Shown here in pieces: positions 40,729-53,020 of a DNA stretch of 64,000 bases. Origin of the DNA: Azolla caroliniana (taxonomy: Eukaryota > Plantae > Polypodiophyta); the NCBI GenBank assembly GCA_043228905.1, contig JBHGNT010000021.1, positions 8,246,001-8,310,000 of the forward strand, given 5' to 3'. The first letter of the stretch is position 1, and the number at the start of each line of letters is the position of its first letter. Under the pieces are notes generated by a model. It saw nothing but the letters and a program-made list of their open reading frames with translations. It ran no database searches and was not told the origin of the DNA. Position numbers and translations under genes: made by a program.

Positions 40729-41502
40729 TCCCATGTGTAGGAATAACGAAAAGATGATATTGGTTATGAGTGGAAATTTGACGATTGGGTAGATGCCACA
40801 ACATATTATGGCCATGTTATAGAAGTGACCTTATAGCTTGAATATTGGAGTACCATCAAAGCCAAATAGGTATAGACAAATATTCTTGTGTGTTGGCTCT
40901 GCGATTTAAGATTTGAGGAAAGATTGTAGAAAGGCATTGCCAATTCATGAACCTCGCAATATTCTTTGTAGATGCAACAATAGAGTTATTTGCAAACTTT
41001 GATATAGCTCAACATTTAAATATTAAATTAAGACATTATCAATGAATTGTAGGCTTCAAATTGTAACATGTTTTGTTGAAAAAACCCACACACTATTGGC
41101 AAGGAGGTTGCATGCTCTTGAAACATCCTTCGAAGGCATTTTACTAGCAAACATTTGATGCTTTAGTAATAGGATTAGAAAAAAACACGAGTCATCAATA
41201 CAAGAGAATAAACATATTCAACATCACTATTTTGAAAACAATAGCTTGTTTCTTATTTTGAGAGAGCTCAATATATAATAGTTTGCAATTGATCCAATAG
41301 GCTTATGGAAATTTTCTACATTCATATGTTTGCTCAAGCAATAACTCAAAGCACAAATCAACACACTTTTACATCTAAAGTTTTCTAGATAAAATTTAAG
41401 TTCTATAACATCAATAATCGTACCAATCCATGATTAAAAAAATATCAATAAAAAATAAAGGAGGTACCCAAAGAGAGGGAAGATGTGCATTGTTGTCTTC
41501 AT

Positions 41503-41533
<31 letters not shown>

Positions 41534-41664
41534 ACACAATCACCACCTCTTTAATTAGGATAGGTAACATCCTTCAAGCTCATTACTACATGTTTCCATG
41601 CTTTGTGAATTTCCATCTTGAACATTATTCGTCTTGTAGTGTCTTGATTGGACTAAACATACGT

Positions 41665-42449
41665 TGTCATGAAGAATTTCGGCCAGAGGCGGAAACCGGG
41701 AAACATTGGCTACATCGGCGGGGTGCAACATGTGTGCTCACCCTTGTACATTTAGTGTGAATAACGAGGGCGCCTTTATGGCGTCGAAGAGTAGTCAAGT
41801 CGGGACAGACGATCCCATGTAAGTCGGGATTTATCCCACATTGTAACGCGTCCCTCTCCTTGTTCTATAAAAGGAAGGGAGCGCCCTTTGTGAAAGGGTT
41901 GCCCATTTTGCGTTAGAGGGTATACCGTTAGATTTAGGGTTAGTTACATTCCTTCTTCTTCTTCTTCTTCTTCTCCCCCCCCCCCCCCCCCCCCCCCTTC
42001 GTGTTCGCTTAGGGTTTGCTTCAGCTCGTCTCCTGCGCAAGACCCCGCTCAACGCGACAAGCCCGTGAGCTCCCCGACCGACGGCTTGGCAGCCGACGAC
42101 TACTGTAACCTACCTTGGTCCGGCTCGAAGCCGGGAATGTATTCTTCCTTTTACATATATACATTTGCATCTGTTTGTGTATATTCGTGTCTCTGTTGGT
42201 GTCGGGTGCTTCCCCTTTCCTACGTTTCTTGTACATAAGGGCGTGAGTCGGGTCGGCCTGTGTGTGTGTGTGCGTGAGTCGGTGTCAAGTGCCCGCTCCC
42301 TCTCTTTCTCTCTCTCCCTTTGGTTGCTTCCGGTGTGCTTTTGGGATGCCCCGGAAACGGTGAAGTACGACTTCCTACGCTCCGTCACTCCCTAGTCCAA
42401 GACCCCCGTGGTCCCACCTTTCTCCACGCACGCGCATAACAACGCGACA
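41665..42449 (+). mobile_element. Solo LTR with 4-bp ACGT TSD
   Basis: TGTCATG...CGCGACA ends; TATAAAA near 41866; ACGT at 41661-41664 and 42450-42453. Confidence 0.8.
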
Positions 42450-42699
42450 ACGTGCAAACACGTGGGAGGAGACATCAATTTGTTGACAATAGACGGATAA
42501 AAAGAAAGACATATGAACCTCTACTAGATGGTTAAATGGGTCTATTAGACCAACCATGAGAGATAGAGATAGAGAGAGCTTTCTAAAGAGTATCTGCATG
42601 TATGATTTGGTGGTTTCTATAGAACATTACAAGTAAAATTTCCATTCGGTTGTATGCATCTCATGGTCGCTTGTTTTGTTTCCTTCTCTAACAACATTA

Positions 42700-43490
42700 C
42701 TTGTAAGTGAGCTCTGTCATGTTTTTTTCATATGGATGTTATTGTTTTCATGAATATGGTTGAGTCTCCAAAATCTTCAAAGGATGCATGCATGGTTGAG
42801 TCATAATTGAGTCCAAGAGGGGATTGTAAAAGACAACGATGTATTGGTGATAATAGTAATGACATGTCTTATATTGATGCAATGCGACAAGATGATATTG
42901 AGAAAGATGATAGTCATTGGGAACATTTAAGATGCATGACAAATATACTAATGGAGGATTGTATAAGGGAGAATGTAAAAGTTGTTGAACAAATTGTTGA
43001 CGATGAAGTGGCTAAGGTAGAAATAGACAATTAGGAGTTCTTAGGCTCATTTGCTAATTTTTTTAATAGAGGGGTCGTATTGTTATTCACGGGGAAGATA
43101 CCTTTCCTTTGGAGCGTCAAACAATGGTTACGTGGGATTTTACAAGTTGATTGTGTTCAAGATATTTATGCCGGCCCCTGTGGGTTTTATGAGGTTGTTT
43201 TGGTATCACAAGAGCATAAAGAGAAATTACTCAATAAATTACCAATTTTTTATGAGAAAAGTTTGGTTCATATTGTTTTGTGGAGGCCACTAGTGGAATA
43301 CCAAAATATATTAAAGCAAGAGTGCCTTGTATGGGTTGAGGTAGAGTGCACATATTCAATGGTCTGGCCAATATTACGATCAACAATGGAAAAGTTGGGA
43401 AAGATCTTAGAGCATCCTAGTGCTAATGCTCAAAATCGATATCGGATGTGTATTCTTTGGAATACTACTATAAAGAGGCCAAGTTGTTTA
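42700..43490 (+). mobile_element. L1 LINE ORF1 5' fragment, related to the 12.7 kb LINE
   Basis: 43080-43490 VKQWL..DCVQDIYAGPCGFYEVV..LPIFYEKSLVH..EYQNILKQEC parallels 13194-13772. Confidence 0.85.
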
Positions 43491-43494
43491 CATG

Positions 43495-44501
43495 AAGCTT
43501 TCTTTCTTCTTTTCCTTCTCTCTCAAACACGAGTTATGTAGACGCACTACCATAGCGATGAATTGGTTCTTCTCGAAAGTCGGCGTAGAACGCAACACGC
43601 GTGGATGGGCTAGATCGAGCTACCAAACTGCTTTGATACCATGTAAAGAATCGGGTATGATTCTTATGTAGTGGAAGAGATGTGTGTTATGTGTATGTAT
43701 GAGAGGAATTAGAGGAGAGAAGAGAGAACACAAGATAGATAGAAAAAGGAACAATGAAGTACTCAAGAAGAAGATGTATATTCACAAGTAAAGTAAGAGA
43801 TACAAAAATATAGCATTACAAGGATTCACAACCGACTTAGTATGAAGTAGGAGAAGGGTGCTTTATATATAGTCACCCTCTCTCTTCATTAACTACAAGG
43901 CTCATGGAGCATGGGGAATGTGAAAGCTCATAAGTTATGTGTCATAGAATATGATTCTATGACTCATACTAAATGCTAGAATACAAAGAGGTGACTTAAT
44001 GGTGACTCTTGACCGTTGGAGTGTCTATTCACTCTCAAGGTAAGTTCACACACTAGACCAAGTTGAGCTTGATTCTCAACACGCCCCCTCAAGCTCAAGT
44101 CGGGTCGGTTTCAGACGGTATCCGAAATCCACTTCGACTCGCGTTCTGGAGTCTGCATCGACTCACGTCGACTCGCATTTATGCGGAGTTGCGGAATCCG
44201 TGCTCCAGCATGCGTTGTGCGTAGTTGCGAAGTCTGTGCTTCGGCTTGCGTCTTTCTTCGCGGCTTTGCGCGGTAGATTGGCTCTTCGCAGCTTAGTTGC
44301 GTGGTTGTGTAATCCGTGCGTTCTTGCGTAGTGTGCGCGGCTTGCGGAATCCACGAGTTACTGCGTAATGTCTTTAGTACTCCCCCTCAAGCTTGGCAGG
44401 TCAGGGATCGTCAATCCGAGATCGGTCATGAATTGCCACAACTTGTCGGCTCCTAAGGCTTTAGTGAAGATGTCGGTCGTTTGAAGATTTGTGCTAATGT
44501 G
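43495..44501 (-). mobile_element. Copia junction fragment: RNase H end, 3'UTR, PPT, LTR (43642-44081), PBS, leader
   Basis: Minus strand: NLQTTDIFTKALGADKL (44400-44500), PPT GAGGGGGCG next to TGTTGAG, LTR, then TGGTATCAAAGC (43630-43641) and a leader matching 45536-45685. Confidence 0.88.
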
Positions 44502-45194
44502 TTGTCAATGACAATGTTGAAAATGAATATACACAATACTTGGTGGACTGTGGAATTCATGTGATGAAAATGAAAATGAATTTAAACAAATTTTTTTTTT
44601 CTTTTTTGAAATTGCATATACCACATGAAACTCATTATGCTAGTTTTTTATATTTCTTATGTGATGCCTATGATTTACCAATAGTATCCACCAAAGTTTC
44701 ACTTTGTTTTTACGGACAAAAGAGGATAAATACATGTTAATTTTTTTTGGAAAGAATAACTACATGACAATGAATGTACAAAGAACAATGAATTATTGAA
44801 CTAGACACACAACACTTTGATTGTCTCATATATATGGCAAAGATAATTGAAACCATTTAATTACATTGGAACCAATAAACCGTTAAACCATGGGGTTAAC
44901 GGTTCGGTTCGGATGAAGTAGAGACATAGGGTCCATATGGTTAGAGTTCACAGATAGATCGTGATGAAGGCAATTGATTCGCCGAGACAATATGTATATA
45001 GATAAGTAAGTCTAGACATGAATCAACAGTATTGGGGTGGGGGGGGGGGGGGGGGGGGTTCTCCATTCCAATCTCTTGTTGTATGAAGCAGATGATGCTT
45101 CGGAGGGCTATGACAGTCATCAACAGACATCTAATTACTGTCTCCCCTTTTCAGCAACCTCGTAAGCAAATGCATGCAACTGATGTATGGAAAA
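44502..45194. repeat. Right arm of ~690 bp inverted duplication
   Basis: Reverse complement of 39264-39946, including the poly-C/G run. Confidence 0.95.
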
Positions 45195-47590
45195 TATATT
45201 CTATGACACATAACTAAAGAGTTACATATTCCCCATGACTATGTGTCTTCACATTCCCCAAGAGACAGTAGTTGTTGTAGTTAGTTAATGAAGAGAGAGG
45301 GTGACTATATATAAAGCACCCTTCTCCTACTTCATACTAAGTCGGTTGTGAATCCTTGTAATGCTACATTTTTGTATCTCTTATTTTACTTGTGAATATA
45401 CATCTTCTTCTTGAGTACTTCATTGTTCCTTTTTCTATCTATCTTGTGTTCTCTCATCTCTCCTCTAATTCCTCTCATACATACACATAACACATATCTC
45501 TTCCGGTACACAAGAATCATACCCGATTCTTTACATGGTGTCAGAGCGGTTTGATAGCTTGATCTAGCCCATCTGTGTGTGTTGCGTTTTACACCGACGT
45601 TCGAGAAGAACCAGTTCATCGTTATCGTAGTGCGACTACATAGATCGTGTTTGAGAGAGAAGGAAAAGAAGAAAGAAAGCTTTATCAATAATGAATACTT
45701 AAATGGGGAGTGTTCTCCCCAGTGAGAAGTTGGACCGAAACAACTTTGTATCTTGGGAATACAAGATGCACCAATACCTTGTCGGTCAAGGCTATTGGAG
45801 CTACATCAAAGGGGCACAACAAAAATCGACCCGACCTGAAGGACGCCGACTACTCAATATGGGAGCAAGCGGCGAGGCAAGTAATGTATTGCTTGGCGAC
45901 ATGTGTTCATGACCACATACTCGACTACATTCGAGACGCCGAGACGCCGAGACGCCGAAGGAAGCGTGGGAGAATCTACGAAAGATTTTCGCCGCCAAAG
46001 CGTCAACTCCGCCAAGAGTTAAATAATATCAAACAAAGGGGTATGTCCATCACAAGCTACACATTGAAGATCAAGGAGCTTTGTGATGCACTTAGCTCGA
46101 TAAGCGTCAACATGGAGGATGACGAAATGGTGCAAATATGCCTCGACGGCCTTGCACCACGGTTCGGCGCAATGAGGACCATCGTACTAGCACGTGAGAA
46201 TCCTCCCTCCTTCTTCGATCTTGAATCCATGTTGTTGGTTGAAGAAAACCATGTTTGAACAAGGAGCAATGCCTCGGAAGGCCACATGCTCTGCACGCAT
46301 TCGAACAGAGGAAGAGGACGTGACCGAGCAAGAGGCCGATTCGGCCAAGGACGAGGTAGACGAGGCCCAACTTACGAAAACAACTCACAATTTCAGCAAC
46401 AAGACGGAAACCATCGAGGAACCTTTGGAAGAAGGGGGAGCTTCCATTCCTGTCCAAGCCGATAAAACTCGATCGAATGTGGATATTGTGGCAAAATCAG
46501 CCACCACGAAGAAGAGTGTCGTAAGAAGATGCGCGAGTCGACTTCCACTAGCCAACAACTCACCAATCATGCCACCAACTCCGACTATGACAATTGTGGC
46601 GGAATGTTTGTGATGAGACATAGAGTAAATTCTATGTTGGCTTCTACTTCGAATAGCACATCTAGTCTGGAAGACATATGGTTCATCGACTCTGGCGCCT
46701 CCAACCATATGACGTCTCATCAAGAATGGTTCCAAGAACTTCGAGAACCGGACCGACCTGGCTATGTCGAAACCAGAGACGACAATACGCATTCGATTTG
46801 ACACATCGGCAATGTCCCGTTCGGCAAAGAAGGTAACCAAACTTTTATTAAGAATGTCTTGCATGTACCAACCATTACGAAGAATTTGGTCTCTGTCGGC
46901 CAAATTGTACAATTTAATCAAGGCGGTTGCTTCTTCGAAAAAGAGGGCCGAGTCATCACTCGCGGACGAAGAGAGGGCCGAATGTTCATTCTTGACTCGC
47001 ACGAGATGAAATCAGCCATGTTCGCAAAAGGCATGAAAGCCAACTCCGACATAGAGTTATGGCATAAGCGGATTGGCCATATCAACTTTCAAAAGCTTAA
47101 GGCGATGCAATCAAAAGGAGTCGCCATCGGGCTCCCGACATTCAAAGAGAAAGAGATTGAAGGCGTGCGTGCTGCTTGCCAATTCGGCAAGCAAAATCGG
47201 CACCCATTTCCGAAGGAGAGGAACGTGAGCAAAGGCATACTCGACATAATTCATTCCGATGTATGGGGGCCGGCTCAAATAACGACATTCGGCAGATGCC
47301 AATACTACGTGGCCTTCATTGATGACTTCTCTAGGCACACATGGATCTACCCCATGCGGCAAAAGAACGAAGTGTTCGGACACTTCAAAAAATTCAAGAG
47401 CGGAGTCGAAAAGGAAACGGGCTGAGATGTACGATGTCTTCCGTCGGATGGAGGAAAGGAGTACTTCTCTGACGAATTTTCGGCGTTTCTCCGGAAAGAA
47501 GGAATTCGACGAGAGTTTTCGTGTCGACATACGCCACAACAGAACAGAGTAGCCGAACAAAAGAATCAGCACATCCTCAAAGTAGAACGA

Positions 47591-48232
47591 TGTCGTGATG
47601 TGGCATGTTTAATGCGAGAAAAAGTGAAAAATTGAGGATACATGCACATTACACAAATACTTGTAAAAATGAAAATAATAATAAATAAACCTAGGACATG
47701 ATGGCATTGATTGCATATTGAGGGTTGCAAGAAGGATTTGAACCTTGCACGTTTAAGATAAGAAACAATTATCATACCACTAAAGCTACTACTACATGCT
47801 TTACATTTTGTATATTTTCTTTTCATATTCAGTATTTCATAGGTAGCAAACAGTCAAAACCGTGTACACAAAACCATGGTTTTGTGCATGTCATAAGCAA
47901 AACCGTGTGCACAAAACCATGGTTTTAGCCCATGGTTTTGTGCATGTCACAAGCATGGAGAGACCTATAAAGGCCTCTAGTAAGGCTTGTGTAAGGGGGG
48001 GCTCAATATGTGATATCACCATCACCACTATCATCAATATAATTATATTCATCTTTATCTTCTTCATATTTTTCTACTTCTCAAGTGTACAATCTTTCTT
48101 CTTCTCAAGTGAACAAATTTCATCCAATCTTCCATGGATCGTCATCTCTTCGATAATTCCACGAACGTCCTCCTCAGTCCAAGACCCCGGTCGTCGCTCG
48201 AGTAGCACACGCACGCACGAATCTTCGCGACA
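47591..48232 (+). mobile_element. Solo LTR nested in Copia integrase, 4-bp TSD (ACGA/ACGG)
   Basis: TGTCGTG...CGCGACA ends; removing it plus one 4-bp copy restores HILKVERAMMNEK. Confidence 0.82.
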
Positions 48233-49857
48233 ACGGGCCATGATGAATGAAAAACACCTGTCGAAGTCGTATTGGGCAGAAGCCGGGAACATAGCCGTCT
48301 ACCTAATGAATCAGTGTACAACATCTGGCGTCCATGAGATTACCCTGCATGAGAAGTTTTTCGGAAAGAAGTCGGACCTATCATATGTTTAGATATTCGG
48401 CTCCATTACATACGTGCACATCCCCAACGAAAAGCGACAAAATCTCGACCCGAAGTTGGAGAAGTGTATCCTCGTGGGATACTCACTGGAGCAAAAGGGG
48501 TACATGTGCTATAACTCCTCGACTTAAAAAGCTCGAGTAAGTTGAGACGTTGTTTTCGACGAGTCCGCATCTTGGTACGCACCAGAGACAACTTCGACTC
48601 CGATTCTGCTCGACCCAAAATCCACCGAAATAGAGATAGAAGCCAAAGATCGGCTCGAACACATGTTCAAAGAAAGCCCAATTACGACAAGGCTTAATGG
48701 GCCACAAAAGGCCCTGAGCAACCAAAGCACATCTCGGCCTAGTCTGAAGATGGACAAAGGTAAGGCGAAAATGCCAGAATATGAAGACGATCACTTTGAC
48801 AACAACGAATCAACGCATTCCCTCCATAGTGAGTTTGAAGGCCTCGACATCCGAACTAAAGGAGCGAAGAAAGCATTAGTGTCTGTGAACAAGAAGCTAC
48901 GCCGATCCACCCAAGAAAAGAACCCGGTAAGCCGATTTGGCTATTATGAGTATATGGCGTACCATTATGCCTTTATGATGAAGGTAGCAATAGTAGGGGA
49001 GTTGGAAACGTTTTCCGAAGCCGCGAAGGATCCCAGATGGGTTGAAGCGATGAATGAGGAGATGCAAGCACTCTCCAAAAACAAGACATGGGATCTTGTC
49101 CCCCACTCACCACACAAGAAGGTGATCGGCTACAGATGGATCTACAAGGTGAAGTATAACGTTGATGGCTCCGTAAACCGCTACAAAGCTCGACTCGTAG
49201 CAAAAGGGTACGCACAAAGACATGGAGTCGACTACAAAGAGACATTTGCCCCGGTGGCAACGATGATGACTGTGCGGACCGTAATTGCACTCGCAATGTC
49301 GAAAGGGTGGCACCTCCATCAGATGGACGTAAAGAACGCCTTTCTTCAAGGAGAATTAGAAGAGGAGGTGTACACAGTACAACCACCCGACTTCGAATCC
49401 AACATTCATCCAAAAGTCGTATGCCAACTCAATAAGCCTCTCTACGGCCTTAACCAAGCATTGCGTGCTTGGCATTTGAAGTTAACACAATATCTTGATC
49501 AAATCGGCTTTCGTATGTCAAAATTTGACAACTCCCTCTACGTACGAAACGACTCTAGAAGCCCGATTGTCATCATCCTATACATGGATGATCTGATTAT
49601 TGGAGGTGAGCATTTAGTCAACATCAACAAGGTCAAGTCCCTCCTCTTCGGCAAATTTGAGATGACGGACATGAAGGAGCTCCATTACTTCCTTGGAATC
49701 AACGTAATTCGGATTCCAACCGGCATTATGATCTCTCAACGGCACTACATCCTCAACTTGTTATACAAGTTTGAGATGGCTGAGTGTAAATCTGTGGCAA
49801 CCCCTCTCGATCGAAACCTCAAACTAGATGTCGACTCTGTCATAGGTGAGTGTGAGC

Positions 49858-50316
49858 TGTCAAGAGCAGTATTAAGACAGAGAAGTACTGTCAGGAACAA
49901 TACTAAGACAGAGAAGGAATTAGTACTAAAAGATAAGGATTAGTACTAATGGAGGTGTAGAACTCTCGAGAGAATGAAAGAGTGAGTGAGTGAGTGAGTG
50001 AGTGAGTGAGAGAGAGAATGAGGATAATAAAAGATATATATTATGTTAAGGGAATATACAATAATAGCTAGGACGCTTAAGATTGGCGTTGAATCGATTT
50101 GGTTCGAAATATTGCCTTGTGCCTCCTTTTATAGTGTTCTTAGGAGTACTCCTAAAGTTTCTAGAATGTTCCAGAGAAATCTGGAATATACATCAATTTT
50201 CTATAGTAAAACTTAAATGAAAATAATATCCTTCATATTACAATACATAGCCTAATGGTCAGAGCTCAACCCATGTAACATAAGGTCATGGGTTCGAGTC
50301 TTGCTATATCATGACA
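49858..50316 (-). mobile_element. Solo LTR nested in Copia RT, 5-bp TSD (TGAGC/CGAGC)
   Basis: TGTCAAG...CATGACA ends; removal restores ECEPTQYRQLI; TATA box on minus strand near 50126-50133. Confidence 0.82.
50241..50310 (+). other. Degenerate tRNA-like sequence (Pol III A and B boxes) inside an LTR
   Basis: TAGCCTAATGG at 50248 and GGTTCGAGTCT at 50291, tRNA-like spacing of 43 nt; stems decayed. Confidence 0.55.
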
Positions 50317-51646
50317 CGAGCCGACTCAATATCGTCAATTGATCGAGTGTTTCATCTACCTCATGATCACTCAACCCAACCTTAGCTATCCAGTCGGACT
50401 CCTTAGCCAATTCATGCAAACTCCATAAGATATCCATTTCGATTGCACTAAGCGAGTATTACGATATGTGAGTGGCACAATGGATTACAACATTCTCTGC
50501 AAATCGGCGGCACCAATTCGACTCGAAGGGTACATGGATGATCAACTTCTAGTTTTTTCTTCTCACTTGTCAGTGGAGCAATTTTGTGGAGTAGCAAAAA
50601 GCAGTCGAATGTCGCTCTTTCGAGTACGGAGGCCGAATACATGGGCGCAACCGTAGCTGCATGTGAAGTTGTATGGCTCAAGAGGATTTTGAAGGATCTT
50701 TGTGTTCCCATCAAGGATCTGACTCCCCTCTACTACGACAACATGAGTAGTATTTATCTGGCTCGGAACCCGGTGTTCCACGCACACACAAAGCATATCG
50801 AAGTGCATTATCACTTAATTCGAGAACGCGTTAAGGCCGGAGATGTCGACCTTCAACACATCAACACAAATCTTCAAACGACCGACATCTTCACCAAAGC
50901 CCTAGGAGCCGACAAGTTTCAGCAATTTGTGTCAGACCTTGGATTGATGATCCCTGACTTGTCAAGCTTGAGGGGGAGTACAAGAGCAAACCAGATACCA
51001 TTCGAACTAGGTACGAGCCGAAGCAAACACCGGAGATCGTCCAAACCGGATACCAGCTGAAGCGGACATCAACCGAAGGGAATCAACCTGAGTTGAGCTT
51101 GAGGGGGCGTGTTGAAAATCAAGCTCAACATAGTGCAACATGTGAACACACCTTTTGAGAATCTATGATTACTCAAAGGTCAAGAGTCACACCACTACTC
51201 TCTACACATTAACCATGTGTCATAGAATCATATTCTATGACACATAACTAATGAGTTACATATTCCCCATCACTATGAGTCTTCACATTCCCCAAGAGAG
51301 AGTAGTTGTTGTAGTTAGTTAATGAAGAGAGAGGGTGACTATATGTAAAGCACCCTTATCCTACTTCATATTAAGTCGGTTGTGACTCCTATCTATCTTG
51401 TGCTCTCTCTTCTCTCCTCTAATTCCTCACACATCTCTTCCGCTACACAAGAATCATACTTGATTCTTTACAGAAAGTCATTATTTACGAAAGAGAGAGA
51501 GAGAATGTGAGAGAGAGGTTGGGATATAGCTCAGTTGGTAAGGTTTTACAACACTTGAGAGGGTTTCCCTTGAACTATCACTATTTATGAAGTAGTGAAG
51601 ATAGCTAGGGTTGTATTATTATCTTGTTTTAATAACAAACATTGAT

Positions 51647-51650
<4 letters not shown>

Positions 51651-51692
<42 letters not shown>
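51651..51692. repeat. (AG)n microsatellite
   Basis: Directly visible. Confidence 0.95.
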
Positions 51693-51696
<4 letters not shown>

Positions 51697-52104
51697 AGTA
51701 AGAGAAGATGACCAAATAGAAGCTTTGGCAACGTCGTAGTAGTAGTTATAAGTCATAATGGAGGGAGAATGATCACCACAACATGAGTTCATGTTGGATA
51801 CATAAACAATCAAGGCCAAATTGGTAACTTAAAAAATAGGACGCCTATAATGAGTATCTATAGTTGAGTTAATTAAACACACATGAATATAATGTATATT
51901 ACAATATCTAAGGTTAGACTATAAACATGACATATTTCAAAGGATAACATAAAGGAATGACTCATAACCATTAGCAAGAAGAATGACTCATGTTCCTCTT
52001 CCTAATGATTATGAGTTGTAAACTCCTTGCTAATGGTTATGAGTGTTTACCCTTTAAAAACTAAGCTATACAATCACAAGATTGAAAGAAAAACCTAATC
52101 AATG

Positions 52105-52537
52105 TGTTGAGAATCAAGCTCAACCTAGCCTAGTGTGTGAACACACCCTTGAGAGTGTATGAACACTCAAAGGTCAAAAGTCACACCACTACTCTTTACA
52201 CATTAACTATGTGTCATATAATCATATTCTATGACACATAACTAATGAGTTTCCACATTCCCCATGACTCATGAGCTTCAGTAGTTAATGAAGAGAGAGG
52301 GTGACTATATAAAGCACTCTTCTCCTACTTTGTAATGTGTTGGTTGTGACTCCTTGTAATGCTACATTTTGTATTTGCTATTCCCCTTATTAATATACAC
52401 CTTCTTCTTGAGTATGTACTTCATTTGTCTTTTCATCTATCTATCTTGTGTTTTCTCTTCTCTGCTCTCTTTCCTCTCACACATACACATAACACACATT
52501 TCTTCCGTTGCACAAGAATCATATCTGACTCTTTACA
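52105..52537 (+). mobile_element. Copia solo LTR, CAATG TSD
   Basis: TGTTGAGAATCAAGCTC...CTTTACA, homologous to 51110-51472; CAATG on both sides. Confidence 0.93.
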
Positions 52538-52869
52538 CAATGAATTAGTGGAAATGCATATAAATATCTCATATTAGAGTGGATTTTTTAAACTTGTTCA
52601 TTGGTTGAAGATACATCACCAAGGACCAAGGAGTACATGTTGTGGTATCTATTGTCCAATCCAAAAGCATCGAGTCAACATCACTTGTTCAAGAATGCAA
52701 ATTTGGAAGGACTACCTTTTTTGAAGAGGAGGGAAAAATGAGGAGGTCAAAGTTCAACGGAAGATCAACAATTCACAAGTAAAAAGTGCATTGCAAAGAT
52801 AACAATAACTAGTAGTTGTCTAAAAGCCATAATAGAAGATGAGATTCTTGAAGCAAACTTACTTTACAT

Positions 52870-53020
52870 TTCACTTGGAACGAAGTTGAAGAGAAACATG
52901 AATTTCAAGTGATTGAGATAACTCAAAAGGGAGATGAAGAGGAATATGTATTTCATGTGATTGAGCTCACTTGGAACGAAGATGAAGAGGAATATGAATT
53001 TGAAGTGATTGAGCTCAAGG
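52870..53020 (+). repeat. Short degenerate tandem repeat (GATGAAGAGGAATATG..TT..A.GTGATTGAG, 3 copies)
   Basis: Three 45-54 bp units visible. Confidence 0.7.

Larger units (their letters stand above)
45198..51472 (+). mobile_element. Ty1/Copia retrotransposon, 5' LTR truncated, two nested solo LTRs
   Basis: Partial LTR 45198-45535; PBS TGGTGTCAGAGC; gag; WFIDSGASNHM protease; LWHKRIGH; IHSDVWGP integrase; RT 48663-49857 ([24 protein letters not shown]); RNase H 50584-51060; PPT; 3' LTR 51110-51472. Confidence 0.95.

Noticed and set aside
46385-47572. Antisense ORFs of 205 and 153 aa
   Set aside because: Reverse-strand shadows of GC-rich Copia gag-pol.
49838-49857. Alternative start of the nested LTR at TGTCATAGG
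   Set aside because: This stretch encodes the host Copia peptide (SVIGECE); the TSD supports a start at 49858.
50241-50310. Functional tRNA gene
   Set aside because: Acceptor and anticodon stems do not pair; kept only as a tRNA-like module.
52870-53020. CRISPR-like repeat-spacer array
   Set aside because: Degenerate tandem units without unique spacers, no cas genes, eukaryotic context.
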